The position numbers and the translations under genes were made by a program. From contig DATLRO010000082.1 in NCBI GenBank assembly GCA_035534615.1, positions 65,458 through 129,457 of the forward strand: 64,000 bases of DNA, in the 5' to 3' direction. The notes under the pieces are model-generated. The model was not told where the DNA came from. It ran no database searches and saw only the letters and a list, made by a program, of their open reading frames with translations. Origin of the DNA: Vicinamibacterales bacterium. GTDB taxonomy: Bacteria; Acidobacteriota; Vicinamibacteria; Vicinamibacterales; CAVVIG01. Position 1 is the stretch's first letter; every line of letters starts with the position of its first letter. Below, in pieces: positions 29,400 to 37,975 of the stretch.

Positions 29400-29436
29400 T
29401 CGCCGGACGGACGCGGTCCCCGCGTCCGTCCGGCGA
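29400..29436 (+). terminator. Perfect 16-bp GC-rich stem-loop just after the amidase stop (no U tract)
   Basis: CGCCGGACGGACGCGG (29401-29416), a 3-nt loop, then CCGCGTCCGTCCGGCG (29420-29435). Coordinates were anchored on the amidase stop at 29391-29393. Confidence 0.45.
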
Positions 29437-29465
29437 TCCGCGCGCCTCCCCGGAGCGCCCATCTC

Positions 29466-29921
29466 ATGTCCACGGACCGCCTGTCGATTCCCATCCTCGT
29501 GCTCCCCGGCCAGGAGGATCTCCCGCTGCCGGCGTACGCGAGCGACCTGGCCGCGGCGCTCGACCTGCACGCGGCGGTCGCCGCGCCGACGACGCTCGCG
29601 CCAGGCGCCGTGGAAGTGATTCCATGCGGCTTCGCCATGGCGGTGCCGGTCGGCTTCGAGGCGCAGGTCCGCCCGCGCTCCGGCCTCGCGGCGCGGCACG
29701 GCGTGACGGTGCTCAACGCGCCGGGGACCATCGACGCCGACTACCGCGGCGAGGTCAAGGTCGTGCTGATCAACCTCGGCGCCGCGCCGTTCGTCGTCGA
29801 ACGCGGCATGCGGATCGCGCAGCTGCTCGTTGCACCGGTGCCGCGCGTGGACTGGGTGCCGTCCCCCTCGCTGCCGCCCACGCGGCGCGGGGCGGGCGGG
29901 TTCGGCCACACGGGCCACTGA
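29466..29921 (+). CDS. dut: dUTP diphosphatase
   Basis: 151 aa with the dUTPase motifs RPRSGLAARHGV and GTIDADYRGEVKVVLIN and a C-terminal RGAGGFGHTG. Confidence 0.92.
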   Translation: MSTDRLSIPILVLPGQEDLPLPAYASDLAAALDLHAAVAAPTTLAPGAVEVIPCGFAMAVPVGFEAQVRPRSGLAARHGVTVLNAPGTIDADYRGEVKVVLINLGAAPFVVERGMRIAQLLVAPVPRVDWVPSPSLPPTRRGAGGFGHTGH

Positions 29922-30023
29922 GCCGCACGCGCGGCGTCCGGCAGGAGGCAGTAGAATGACGGCCGGCGTTCCGGGTCCGGCCCCCGCCGGCCGCGGTCTG
30001 TGCGCGTTTCAGGAGACGTCCCC

Positions 30024-31295
30024 ATGGCCCGTACGGTCGAACTTCCGCTGTCGGCACTCGTCCAGGACCAGATCGCACGGCCGTCGCCGATCCGGCAGAT
30101 CATGAAGATGGCCGAGCGGCGCAACATCGTCCAGATGGGGCTGAATCCGGACGAGGTGATCTCGTTCGGCGGCGGATGGGTGAATCACGCCGCGCCGGAG
30201 GCGTTCCGGCAGCAGTACGCCGCCATCGCCGCGGACGAGGCGCTGTTCCATCGGAGCGGCGGCTACACGCCCACGCTCGGCGACAACGACTGCCGGGAGC
30301 AGATTGCGGCCTTCGAGCAGCACCTGTTCGGCGTCAGCCGGCTGACCCTCGACCACATCGCCATCGGCGCCGGCAGCACGCAGCTCACGCACGATCTCTT
30401 CCGCACGCTCCTCAACCCGGGCGAGACGGTGCTGATGCTCGATCCGACCTACGCGAACTACGCCGGTCAGGTCGCCTTTGCCGTGCCCGGCGCGCGGATC
30501 GCCCGGGTGGCGGTGATGGATCCCGCGACCTGGGCGTACCTGCCGGCCACCGATCCCGACCGCGTGCTGTCGGCGCTGGACGAGGCGTTCCGCCGCCATC
30601 AGCCCCGGCTCGTGCTCGTCTGTGCGCCCGACAACCCGACGAGCCAGATCCTGCCGCAGCCGATCCTGGACGCCCTGCTCGCGCAGGCGCAGCGGACCGG
30701 CGCGTACCTGGCGATCGATTTCGCCTACAAGTGCCAGTACTTCTCCACGCCGCCCGCCTACTACCGCTGGTCGCCGGAGGAGTATCCGAACCTCGTGGCC
30801 ATCCACTCGAATTCCAAGTGGGCGCGCGGGCTCGGCCGCCGGCTCGGCTGGATCGAGGCGAGCCGGCCGGTCATCGACGGACTGGAGCGGGTGCAGCAGT
30901 GCAGCCTGCTCTGTCCCGACACGCTCGAGCAGATGGCGATGGCCCGCTACCTCCGGCAGGCGATCGCCGACGGCAGCCTGCGCCAGTACGTCGCGGCGAC
31001 GAACGCGCTCTACCGCCGCGCGGCCGACGTCACGATCGAGGCGATCGACGCCCACCTGCACCGGCCCCGTCTCGTGCCGGCCGGCGGCCTCTACACCGTC
31101 GTCGACGTGGGGATGGAGGGCGACGAGTTCGTCCGCCAGGCCCTGCAGCAGACCGGCGTGCTGGTGATTCCCGGGCGGGGATTCGGCGAGACGCTGGCCC
31201 GCGGCGTGCGGATCTCCTACGGCCCGCTGGTCAACGACCTGGAGCAGATCCGCGAAGGGCTGCGCCGGCTCGGCGCCTGGATGACCCGCCCCTGA
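30024..31295 (+). CDS. PLP-dependent aminotransferase, class I/II fold
   Basis: Trimmed to Met9 (MARTVELPLS...), with AGGAGA upstream. It has a pyridoxal-Lys region (HSNSKWARGLGRRLGW) and DPTYANY; substrate unknown. Confidence 0.85.
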   Translation: MARTVELPLSALVQDQIARPSPIRQIMKMAERRNIVQMGLNPDEVISFGGGWVNHAAPEAFRQQYAAIAADEALFHRSGGYTPTLGDNDCREQIAAFEQHLFGVSRLTLDHIAIGAGSTQLTHDLFRTLLNPGETVLMLDPTYANYAGQVAFAVPGARIARVAVMDPATWAYLPATDPDRVLSALDEAFRRHQPRLVLVCAPDNPTSQILPQPILDALLAQAQRTGAYLAIDFAYKCQYFSTPPAYYRWSPEEYPNLVAIHSNSKWARGLGRRLGWIEASRPVIDGLERVQQCSLLCPDTLEQMAMARYLRQAIADGSLRQYVAATNALYRRAADVTIEAIDAHLHRPRLVPAGGLYTVVDVGMEGDEFVRQALQQTGVLVIPGRGFGETLARGVRISYGPLVNDLEQIREGLRRLGAWMTRP

Positions 31296-31317
31296 GACGG
31301 CAATTTCTGCCATCGAG

Positions 31318-31357
31318 ACCCGTCCCCATTGTGCGGTTCTTCACAATGGGGACGGGT
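31318..31357. terminator. Perfect 16-bp stem-loop between convergent genes (candidate bidirectional terminator, no U tract)
   Basis: ACCCGTCCCCATTGTG (31318-31333), an 8-nt loop, then CACAATGGGGACGGGT (31342-31357). It sits between the aminotransferase stop (31295) and the sortilin-like gene stop (31369). Confidence 0.5.
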
Positions 31358-31368
31358 TCGAGCCGGGG

Positions 31369-34300
31369 TTACCGCGGCCCGGGGGCCGGGAAGATCGCGT
31401 CGATGCCCCGCGCGTGCAGGCGATCGTTGAGCGCCTTCAGATCCTGCGCCTTCAGCGTCTCCCACCGCGTGAGCTGCTCCTGCAGGTGCTGCTCGTACTC
31501 CGTTGCCATCTCGCGGAACTGCGCGGTCGGCGCCGTGTCACCGAAATCGACCTCGTCTTCGAGGTAGGCGATCTTGCTGTTGAGCTCCGTCGGATAGTTC
31601 AGCAGCTCTTCGCCCGTCTTGGCCCTGGACTGATACAGGACGTTCTCGATGACCGCCGCCTTGCGGTCCAGGGCGGCGGCGGCGGCGCCCAGGGCGCCGG
31701 CCTGCGGGTCCTCCGCCAGGCGACGCTGCAGCGCGGCCAACTGCGCGCGCACGTCCAGGATCTGGTTGACCGCCACATGGTCGCGCCTGACGGCGTCCAT
31801 CAGCGTCGTCGCGAGCTGGAACTGCGACACGAGGTCGGCCTGTGAAATCTTCACGCGCGGGTCGTTCGTCACGGTGAGCGGCTGCGTGTAGGTCCGCCCC
31901 GCCACGGTCAGCCTCACCTGGTACGTGCCTGGCAGGCCGAGGATGCCGCGCGGCGGCCGCTCGTCGTACGCCGCGCCGGGAATCGGCACGGGCAGCGCAT
32001 ACCGCAGGTTCCAGACCACCCGATGCATGCCCGGCTTCCGGGACAGCCGGACGCCCGTCTGCGATTCGCCCGGCATGCTGGCCACGCCCGCGGCCGTTTC
32101 CGTCAGCGGCGCGCTCGACGCGCGGAACGCCACGACGCCGTGGCTGTCGACGACCTCCAGCGACACCTCGCCGGCCGGTTCACTCTGCAGGTAGTAATCG
32201 AGCACGGCACCATCCGGAGGGTTCTTTCCGATGCCGCCGCTCGAAATCGTATACGTGCCGGCCTCGTGGATCCGGAGCGCCGTGGCCGGCTCGAAGAGAT
32301 GGACCGGCTCGCCGGCGACCGCCGCCGTCGCCTGCCGCAGGGGCGTGATGTCGTCCAGGATCCAGAACGATCGGCCGTGGGTGGCGATGGCCAGGTCGTC
32401 GCCATGCACGGCCAGGTCGCGGACCGACGCCGTCGGCAGATTCAGCTGCAGCGACTGCCAGTGGTCGCCGTCGTCGAACGAGACGTACGCGCCCGTTTCC
32501 GTGCCGGCGAACAGCAGTCCCCGGCGGACCGGGTCTTCGCGCACGGCGTGCACGTACGCCGGGGCGCTGATCCCGTCGGTGATCTTCACCCACGTCCTGC
32601 CATAGTCGTGCGTCCGGAAGATGTACGGATGCAGGTCGTCGAGCTTGTGCGCGTCCACGGCGAGATAGGCGGTCCCCGCGTCGTAGGGCGACGCCTCGAT
32701 GGTCGAAACCTTCGCCCAGGCCGGCAGCCCCTGCGGCGTGACGTTCTGCCACGTCCTGCCGCCGTCCCGCGTCAGGTGCACGAGGCCATCGTCGGAGCCG
32801 ACCCAGATCTCGCCGGCACTGACCTTCGAGGGGGCGATGCTGTAGATGAGATCGTAGTACTCGGCGCTCGAATTGTCCTTGGTGATCGGTCCGCCCGACA
32901 GCCCCTGCTTGCTCTTGTCGTCGCGCGACAGGTCGGGACTGATCACCGCCCAGCTCATCCCCCCGTTCGTCGTCTTCATGAGGTACTGCGACCCCATGTA
33001 GAGCACGTGCGGGTCCTGCGGCGAGAACGCGAGCGGCGCGGTCCACGTGAACCGGTACTTCACCTCCGACGCCGCGTGCCCGCCGTTGTTGTTCGACCAG
33101 GGCGCGATGTCGTTCAGCTGCTTCGTCCGGACGTCGAACCGGGTCAGCGCGCCGCCGTAGCCTCCGGCGATCACCAGATTCGGATCGCCCGGCTCCGGCA
33201 GGACGTAGCCGGACTCCCCGTCGTCGCCCCCGACCGAGTACCAGTCGCTCCGCGTGATGCCGCCCCAGCCGCGGCTCGCGATGGCGATGGCCCCCATGTC
33301 CTGCTGCGCGCCGTAGAGGTAGTACGGGAACCGGTCGTCGGTCGACACGTGGTAGAACTGGCCGATCGGCAGGTTGTCGAGCTTCAGCCACGAGCGCCCG
33401 CCGTCGACCGAGATGACGACCCCCTGGTCGTTCGACTCGATCATCCGGTCCGGCGCGGAGGGATTCATCCAGAAGCCGTGGTTGTCGCCGCCGGGAATCG
33501 GCACCGGCTCGAACGTGCGGCCCCCATCGGTCGACTTCCAGAACGCGTTGTCCGCCACGTACACGACGTCGGGATTCACGGGGCTCGCCCACACGCGGGT
33601 GAAATACCAGGCGCGGGTCCGCAGTTCCTGGCCGCCGTTGACCCGCCGCCAGGTCCGCCCGGCGTCATCCGACCGGAACAGCCCGCCGTGGTCGGCCTCG
33701 ATGAGTGCGTAGACCCGCCGGCCGCGGCTGCCGCCCGCGACCGACACCCCGATCTTGCCGAGGATGCCGTGCGGCAGGCCGTGTCCCTCGAGACGCGTCC
33801 ACGTGCGGCCTTCGTCCGTGGAGCGGTACAGTCCGCTGCCCGGTCCCCCGCTCGAGAAGCTCCACGGCGTCCGGCTCACCTGCCACAGCGCCCCGTAGAC
33901 GATCGACGGATTGCTCGGGTCGAACGCCAGGTCGACCGCGCCGGTCTGCTCGTCCTTGTACAGGACCTTCTGCCAGGTCCGGCCGCCGTCAGTCGAGCGA
34001 AACACGCCGCGCTCCGTGTTCGGGCCGTAGATGTCCCCCAGCGCCGCGACGAGCACGATGTCGGGATTGTGCGGATCGACGATGATCTGCGCGATGTGAC
34101 GGCTGTCGCGCAGCCCCACGTCCGTCCACGTGCGCCCGGCGTCGGTCGACTTGTACACGCCGTCGCCGAAGGAAATGTCCCCGCGGGGCGCCGATTCACC
34201 GGTGCCGACGTAGATGACATTGGGATTGGACGGCGCCACGGCAATGGCCCCGATCGAGGCGACCGGCTCGTGATCGAAGATCGGACGCCAGGTGTTGCCG

Positions 34301-34545
34301 CCGTTGGTGGTCTTCCACACGCCGCCGACGACCGCCCCGAGATACCAGGTATCGGGCTCGCTCGCCACGCCGGTGACCGCAAGGACACGGCCGCCCCGGA
34401 ACGGCCCGACGAGGCGCCACCGCATCCCGGCGTACAGGTTCGGCGGCACGGCAGGGGCCGCGAGGACCCGGCCGGCTCCGGGCCACAGCAGCAGTGACAG
34501 CACGAGGCCGATGACGCGGGCGGTCGTGCGGGACAACGACTTCAT
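31369..34545 (-). CDS. Sortilin/VPS10-like BNR (Asp-box) repeat beta-propeller protein, exported
   Basis: Trimmed to Met10 (MKSLSRTTARVIGLVLSLLLWPG, signal peptide), with GAGGAG 7 nt upstream. It has repeated Asp-box motifs (TTNGGNTW, STDAGRTW, STDGGRTW, STDEGRTW...) and a C-terminal helical region. Confidence 0.9.
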   Translation of the reverse strand: MKSLSRTTARVIGLVLSLLLWPGAGRVLAAPAVPPNLYAGMRWRLVGPFRGGRVLAVTGVASEPDTWYLGAVVGGVWKTTNGGNTWRPIFDHEPVASIGAIAVAPSNPNVIYVGTGESAPRGDISFGDGVYKSTDAGRTWTDVGLRDSRHIAQIIVDPHNPDIVLVAALGDIYGPNTERGVFRSTDGGRTWQKVLYKDEQTGAVDLAFDPSNPSIVYGALWQVSRTPWSFSSGGPGSGLYRSTDEGRTWTRLEGHGLPHGILGKIGVSVAGGSRGRRVYALIEADHGGLFRSDDAGRTWRRVNGGQELRTRAWYFTRVWASPVNPDVVYVADNAFWKSTDGGRTFEPVPIPGGDNHGFWMNPSAPDRMIESNDQGVVISVDGGRSWLKLDNLPIGQFYHVSTDDRFPYYLYGAQQDMGAIAIASRGWGGITRSDWYSVGGDDGESGYVLPEPGDPNLVIAGGYGGALTRFDVRTKQLNDIAPWSNNNGGHAASEVKYRFTWTAPLAFSPQDPHVLYMGSQYLMKTTNGGMSWAVISPDLSRDDKSKQGLSGGPITKDNSSAEYYDLIYSIAPSKVSAGEIWVGSDDGLVHLTRDGGRTWQNVTPQGLPAWAKVSTIEASPYDAGTAYLAVDAHKLDDLHPYIFRTHDYGRTWVKITDGISAPAYVHAVREDPVRRGLLFAGTETGAYVSFDDGDHWQSLQLNLPTASVRDLAVHGDDLAIATHGRSFWILDDITPLRQATAAVAGEPVHLFEPATALRIHEAGTYTISSGGIGKNPPDGAVLDYYLQSEPAGEVSLEVVDSHGVVAFRASSAPLTETAAGVASMPGESQTGVRLSRKPGMHRVVWNLRYALPVPIPGAAYDERPPRGILGLPGTYQVRLTVAGRTYTQPLTVTNDPRVKISQADLVSQFQLATTLMDAVRRDHVAVNQILDVRAQLAALQRRLAEDPQAGALGAAAAALDRKAAVIENVLYQSRAKTGEELLNYPTELNSKIAYLEDEVDFGDTAPTAQFREMATEYEQHLQEQLTRWETLKAQDLKALNDRLHARGIDAIFPAPGPR

Positions 34546-34796
34546 GGGCAGCTCCTCTTCGAAAGGTGTCACGGGCGGCCGCGCCGGCGCGTGCCGGCGA
34601 TCGGAGCGCCTGCGGTCGCGCGCATCATGGCACGAATCGGCTCAGCCGGCAGGCGGGCAGGCCGCCCGGTTCGGGGGATCCGCACGAGCGGTCCAGCATC
34701 GACCATCGCGCACGCGCCGGCAAGCTCAGCCATGCGGCCTGCATGAATCTCGACACCGCCGGCTCCCGGAGGCGCCACCGGTCATAAGATAGCGTC

Positions 34797-35708
34797 ATGT
34801 CTGTATCGTCGCGATCGAGTGCGCCACGACACAGCGTCCCGCGCGTCGACGACGTGACCCGGCCGCTGCCGCCGGAGGCGCTGGCCCATCTCGAGAACGG
34901 CGGCGTGATCCTGATCGGCGGCGACCCGGCCGGGATCCCGGACGACGACCGGCAGTTTCTGCTCGGCCTGCCTCCGGCGGCCCCCGATCGGAACATCGCG
35001 TACCGGCCGAAGACGGGACGGGTGTCCGGCGTCGCGCGCGGCACCGACGCGGCGCGGCTGCAGGCGATCATGCGCCGCTTCTCGACCCACGCGGCGGTCC
35101 TGGTCGGGCGCCTCGTGCCCGGCTACGCGGCCGCCTGGCGGGTGGACGAGGGAAGCTTCCGCCCGGTGCAGGAGCGGGCGCGCGGCCTCAGGCCGCGCGC
35201 CCGGCACGATCTGCTGCACTTCGACGCGTTTCCGGGTCGGCCGACCAACGGCGACCGGCTTCTCCGCTTCTTCTGCAACCTCAACCCGACCGAGGAACGG
35301 ATCTGGATCATGTCCGATCCGTTCGAGGTGGTCGTCGGACAGGTCGGGCGGACGCCGCAGCTGCTCCGCCTGCTCGACGAGCCGCCGCCGATCGGCCGGC
35401 GCCTGCTGGCGGCGCTCGGCGTGCAGCCGGCCCAGGCGCCCTATGACCGGTTCATGCTCGGCTTCCGTGACGCGCTCAAGGACGATGTGACGTTTCAGCG
35501 CACGTGCGTGAAGCACCGCCTGACGTTTCCGCCCGGATCGGGCTGGCTGGTCTTCGGGGACATGGCGAGCCACGCGGTCGTGTCCGGGCAGTTCGCGCTC
35601 GAGCAGACGTTCGTGGTGTCGCGCGCGGCGATGGCGGATCCGGGCCGGGCGCCCGCTGCGACGCTCGAACGCCTCTGCGGCCACGCCGTGACGCTGGGCG
35701 GCACGTAG
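34797..35708 (+). CDS. Kdo hydroxylase-like (KdoO family) Fe(II)/2-oxoglutarate dioxygenase candidate
   Basis: 303 aa: HDLLHFDAFPGRPTNGDRLLRFFCNLNP...IW... resembles, as I remember it, the HxD-containing core of the Kdo_hydroxy family. It needs an HMM check. Confidence 0.5.
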   Translation: MSVSSRSSAPRHSVPRVDDVTRPLPPEALAHLENGGVILIGGDPAGIPDDDRQFLLGLPPAAPDRNIAYRPKTGRVSGVARGTDAARLQAIMRRFSTHAAVLVGRLVPGYAAAWRVDEGSFRPVQERARGLRPRARHDLLHFDAFPGRPTNGDRLLRFFCNLNPTEERIWIMSDPFEVVVGQVGRTPQLLRLLDEPPPIGRRLLAALGVQPAQAPYDRFMLGFRDALKDDVTFQRTCVKHRLTFPPGSGWLVFGDMASHAVVSGQFALEQTFVVSRAAMADPGRAPAATLERLCGHAVTLGGT

Positions 35709-35742
35709 CGCGCGCCGCCCGCGGGATGTTAGAGTTTCCGGC

Positions 35743-37023
35743 ATGACTTCCATCGATCTGCTGCCGCTCAAGGCGGACGCCCTCGCCCGCTTCCTGCGCT
35801 ACGTCGTCATCGATACCCGGTCGGACGAGAAGTCCACGAGCGTGCCGAGCACGCCGGGACAGCTGACGCTCCTGCGGCTGCTCGCCGACGAGCTGCGCGC
35901 GCTCGGCCTGGCCGACGTGTCGATGGACGAGTTCGGGTACGTGATGGCCACCGTGCCGGCCACGTCGCCGAAGGCGGACGTCCCGGCAGTCGGCTTCATC
36001 GCGCACGTCGACACCTCGCCCGAGATGAGTGCGACGGACGTCCGGCCGATCGTCCACCGGGCGTACGACGGGCGGGATCTGGTGCTGCCCGACGATCCGG
36101 GCGCCGTGATCCGTCCGGCGGACGTTCCCGAGCTCCGCGATCAGCTCGGCCACGACATCGTGACCGCCTCCGGCCTGACGCTCCTCGGCGCGGACGACAA
36201 GGCGGGCGCGGCGGCCATCATGGCCGCCGCCGCCTATCTGACGGCCCACCCCGACATTCCGCACGGACCGATGCGCATCGGATTCACGCCGGACGAGGAG
36301 GTCGGCCGCGGCACGGCCCACTTCGACGTGGCCCGCTTCGGCGCGTACTGCGCCTACACGCTGGACGGCGGCGAGCGCGGCGACATCGAGTCCGAGAGCT
36401 TTTCGGCCGACGTCATGACGGTGACGTTCCACGGCTTCAACACCCACCCCGGGTATGCCAAGGGGAAGATGGTGAACGCCATCCGCATGGCGGCCGACTT
36501 CATCCACCGGCTGCCGCAGGATCGACTGTCGCCGGAAACGACCGACGGCTACGAGGGCTACCTGCATCCCTACGTCGTGCAGGCCAGCACCGAGCGGACG
36601 TCGGTCCGGCTGCTGGTCCGCGATTTCGTCACCGGCGGCCTGCACGAGAAGGAGGCGCTCGTCGACCGGCTGGCGCGGGAGACGGTGGCCGCGTTCCCGG
36701 GCGGACGGGTCGAGATCGCCATCGAGGAGCAGTACCGGAACATGCGCGAGATCCTGGACGGCCATCCCGAAATCGTGGCGTCTGCGGCCGAGGCGATCCG
36801 CCGGGTCGGACTCGAACCGCGGACGCGCCCGATCCGGGGCGGGACCGACGGGTCGCGCCTCTCCTTCATGGGGCTGCCGACCCCGAACCTGTTCGCCGGA
36901 CAGCACAACATTCATTCGCGGCTGGAATGGGTCTCGCCCGAGGACATGGCCCGGGCAGCCGCGGCCGTCATCGAGATCTGCCGGATCTGGGAGGAGCGGC
37001 CGCGACCGGCTCTCCGCGGCTGA
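35743..37023 (+). CDS. pepT: Peptidase T (tripeptide aminopeptidase, M20B)
   Basis: 426 aa: FLRYVVIDTRSDE, GFIAHVDTSPE, LLGADDKAG, GFTPDEEVGRG, IRGGTDGS - a canonical PepT pattern. Confidence 0.9.
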   Translation: MTSIDLLPLKADALARFLRYVVIDTRSDEKSTSVPSTPGQLTLLRLLADELRALGLADVSMDEFGYVMATVPATSPKADVPAVGFIAHVDTSPEMSATDVRPIVHRAYDGRDLVLPDDPGAVIRPADVPELRDQLGHDIVTASGLTLLGADDKAGAAAIMAAAAYLTAHPDIPHGPMRIGFTPDEEVGRGTAHFDVARFGAYCAYTLDGGERGDIESESFSADVMTVTFHGFNTHPGYAKGKMVNAIRMAADFIHRLPQDRLSPETTDGYEGYLHPYVVQASTERTSVRLLVRDFVTGGLHEKEALVDRLARETVAAFPGGRVEIAIEEQYRNMREILDGHPEIVASAAEAIRRVGLEPRTRPIRGGTDGSRLSFMGLPTPNLFAGQHNIHSRLEWVSPEDMARAAAAVIEICRIWEERPRPALRG

Positions 37024-37178
37024 TCGATTCGCCCGCTTCGGTGGTAGACTCGCGCGGACGGGCGGCGGCAGTCGCCGGAACGGTCGACCGGCCGGCGGCG
37101 CTCTCCGCGTCACGCTGACGGCCGCCGCCGGTGACGGCGGGCGGCGCTCACCGCGGCCCGTGCATCCCCGAGGAGCGT

Positions 37179-37931
37179 ATGACCCGAACAACGAGCGGAC
37201 TGCTGGTCGCCATGATGATCGCCGGCGCAGGAGCCGCCGCGGCCGCGACCGACGCGATTCCGGCCGCCGGGGGCAACATCGAGATCACGCCGCTGTATCA
37301 CGCGAGCGTCCAGATCGAGTACGCCGGCAAGGTGATCCAGGTCGATCCCACCAAGCAGGGGAACGACTTCGGCCCGAAGCCGGCCGACATCATCCTGGTG
37401 ACCCACATCCACAGCGACCACTTCCAGCCGGCCGCCCTGGCGCAGCTGCGGGGCCCTGCCACGAAGGTGATCGCGCCGGCCAACGTCGCGGCCGAGCTGC
37501 ACGGCGCGATCGTCATGAAGAACGGCGACCGGCGGACGGTCGACGGCATCCGCATCGAAGCGGTGCCGATGTACAACATGACGCGGGGGCCGGCGCCCGG
37601 GAAGTTCTACCATCCGAAAGGGCTGGGCAACGGGTACATCCTGACGCTCGGGGGCAAGCGGGTGTACCTGTCGGGCGACACGGAGTGCACGCCGGCGATG
37701 CGCCGCCTCAGGCACATCGACGTGGCCTTCATCTGCATGAACCTGCCCTACACGATGCCGCCGCTGGAGGCGGCCGCGTGCGTGAAGCTCTTCAAGCCGA
37801 AGATCGTCTACCCGTACCACTACCGCGGGTCGGATCCGAAGCAGTTTGCCGACGCGCTGAAGGGCGAGCCGATCGACGTGCGGCTGCGTAACTGGTACCG
37901 CCCGCTGCCCGGGTCCGGCGGCCGCCCGTAG
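37179..37931 (+). CDS. MBL-fold metallo-hydrolase, exported
   Basis: Trimmed to Met17 (MTRTTSGLLVAMMIAGAGAAAAA, signal peptide), with GAGGAG upstream. HxHxDH motif: VTHIHSDHF. Confidence 0.8.
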   Translation: MTRTTSGLLVAMMIAGAGAAAAATDAIPAAGGNIEITPLYHASVQIEYAGKVIQVDPTKQGNDFGPKPADIILVTHIHSDHFQPAALAQLRGPATKVIAPANVAAELHGAIVMKNGDRRTVDGIRIEAVPMYNMTRGPAPGKFYHPKGLGNGYILTLGGKRVYLSGDTECTPAMRRLRHIDVAFICMNLPYTMPPLEAAACVKLFKPKIVYPYHYRGSDPKQFADALKGEPIDVRLRNWYRPLPGSGGRP

Positions 37932-37937
37932 GCTGAC

Positions 37938-37968
37938 GCCGGTCCGCCGCCCGTGGGGGCGGACCGGC
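37938..37968 (+). terminator. 11-bp GC stem-loop after the MBL hydrolase gene
   Basis: GCCGGTCCGCC (37938-37948), a 9-nt loop, then GGCGGACCGGC (37958-37968), 7 nt after the stop and 8 nt before the next ATG. No U tract. Confidence 0.4.
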
Positions 37969-37975
37969 CTTCCGC

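Noticed and set aside
31350-31365. tRNA T-loop-like strings: GGGTTCGAGCC here and GGGTTCAACC at 10754-10763.
   Set aside because: There is no matching 5-bp T-stem, acceptor stem or anticodon arm around either. The first is the 3' arm of the 16-bp terminator hairpin, and the second lies just upstream of the terminator at 10765.
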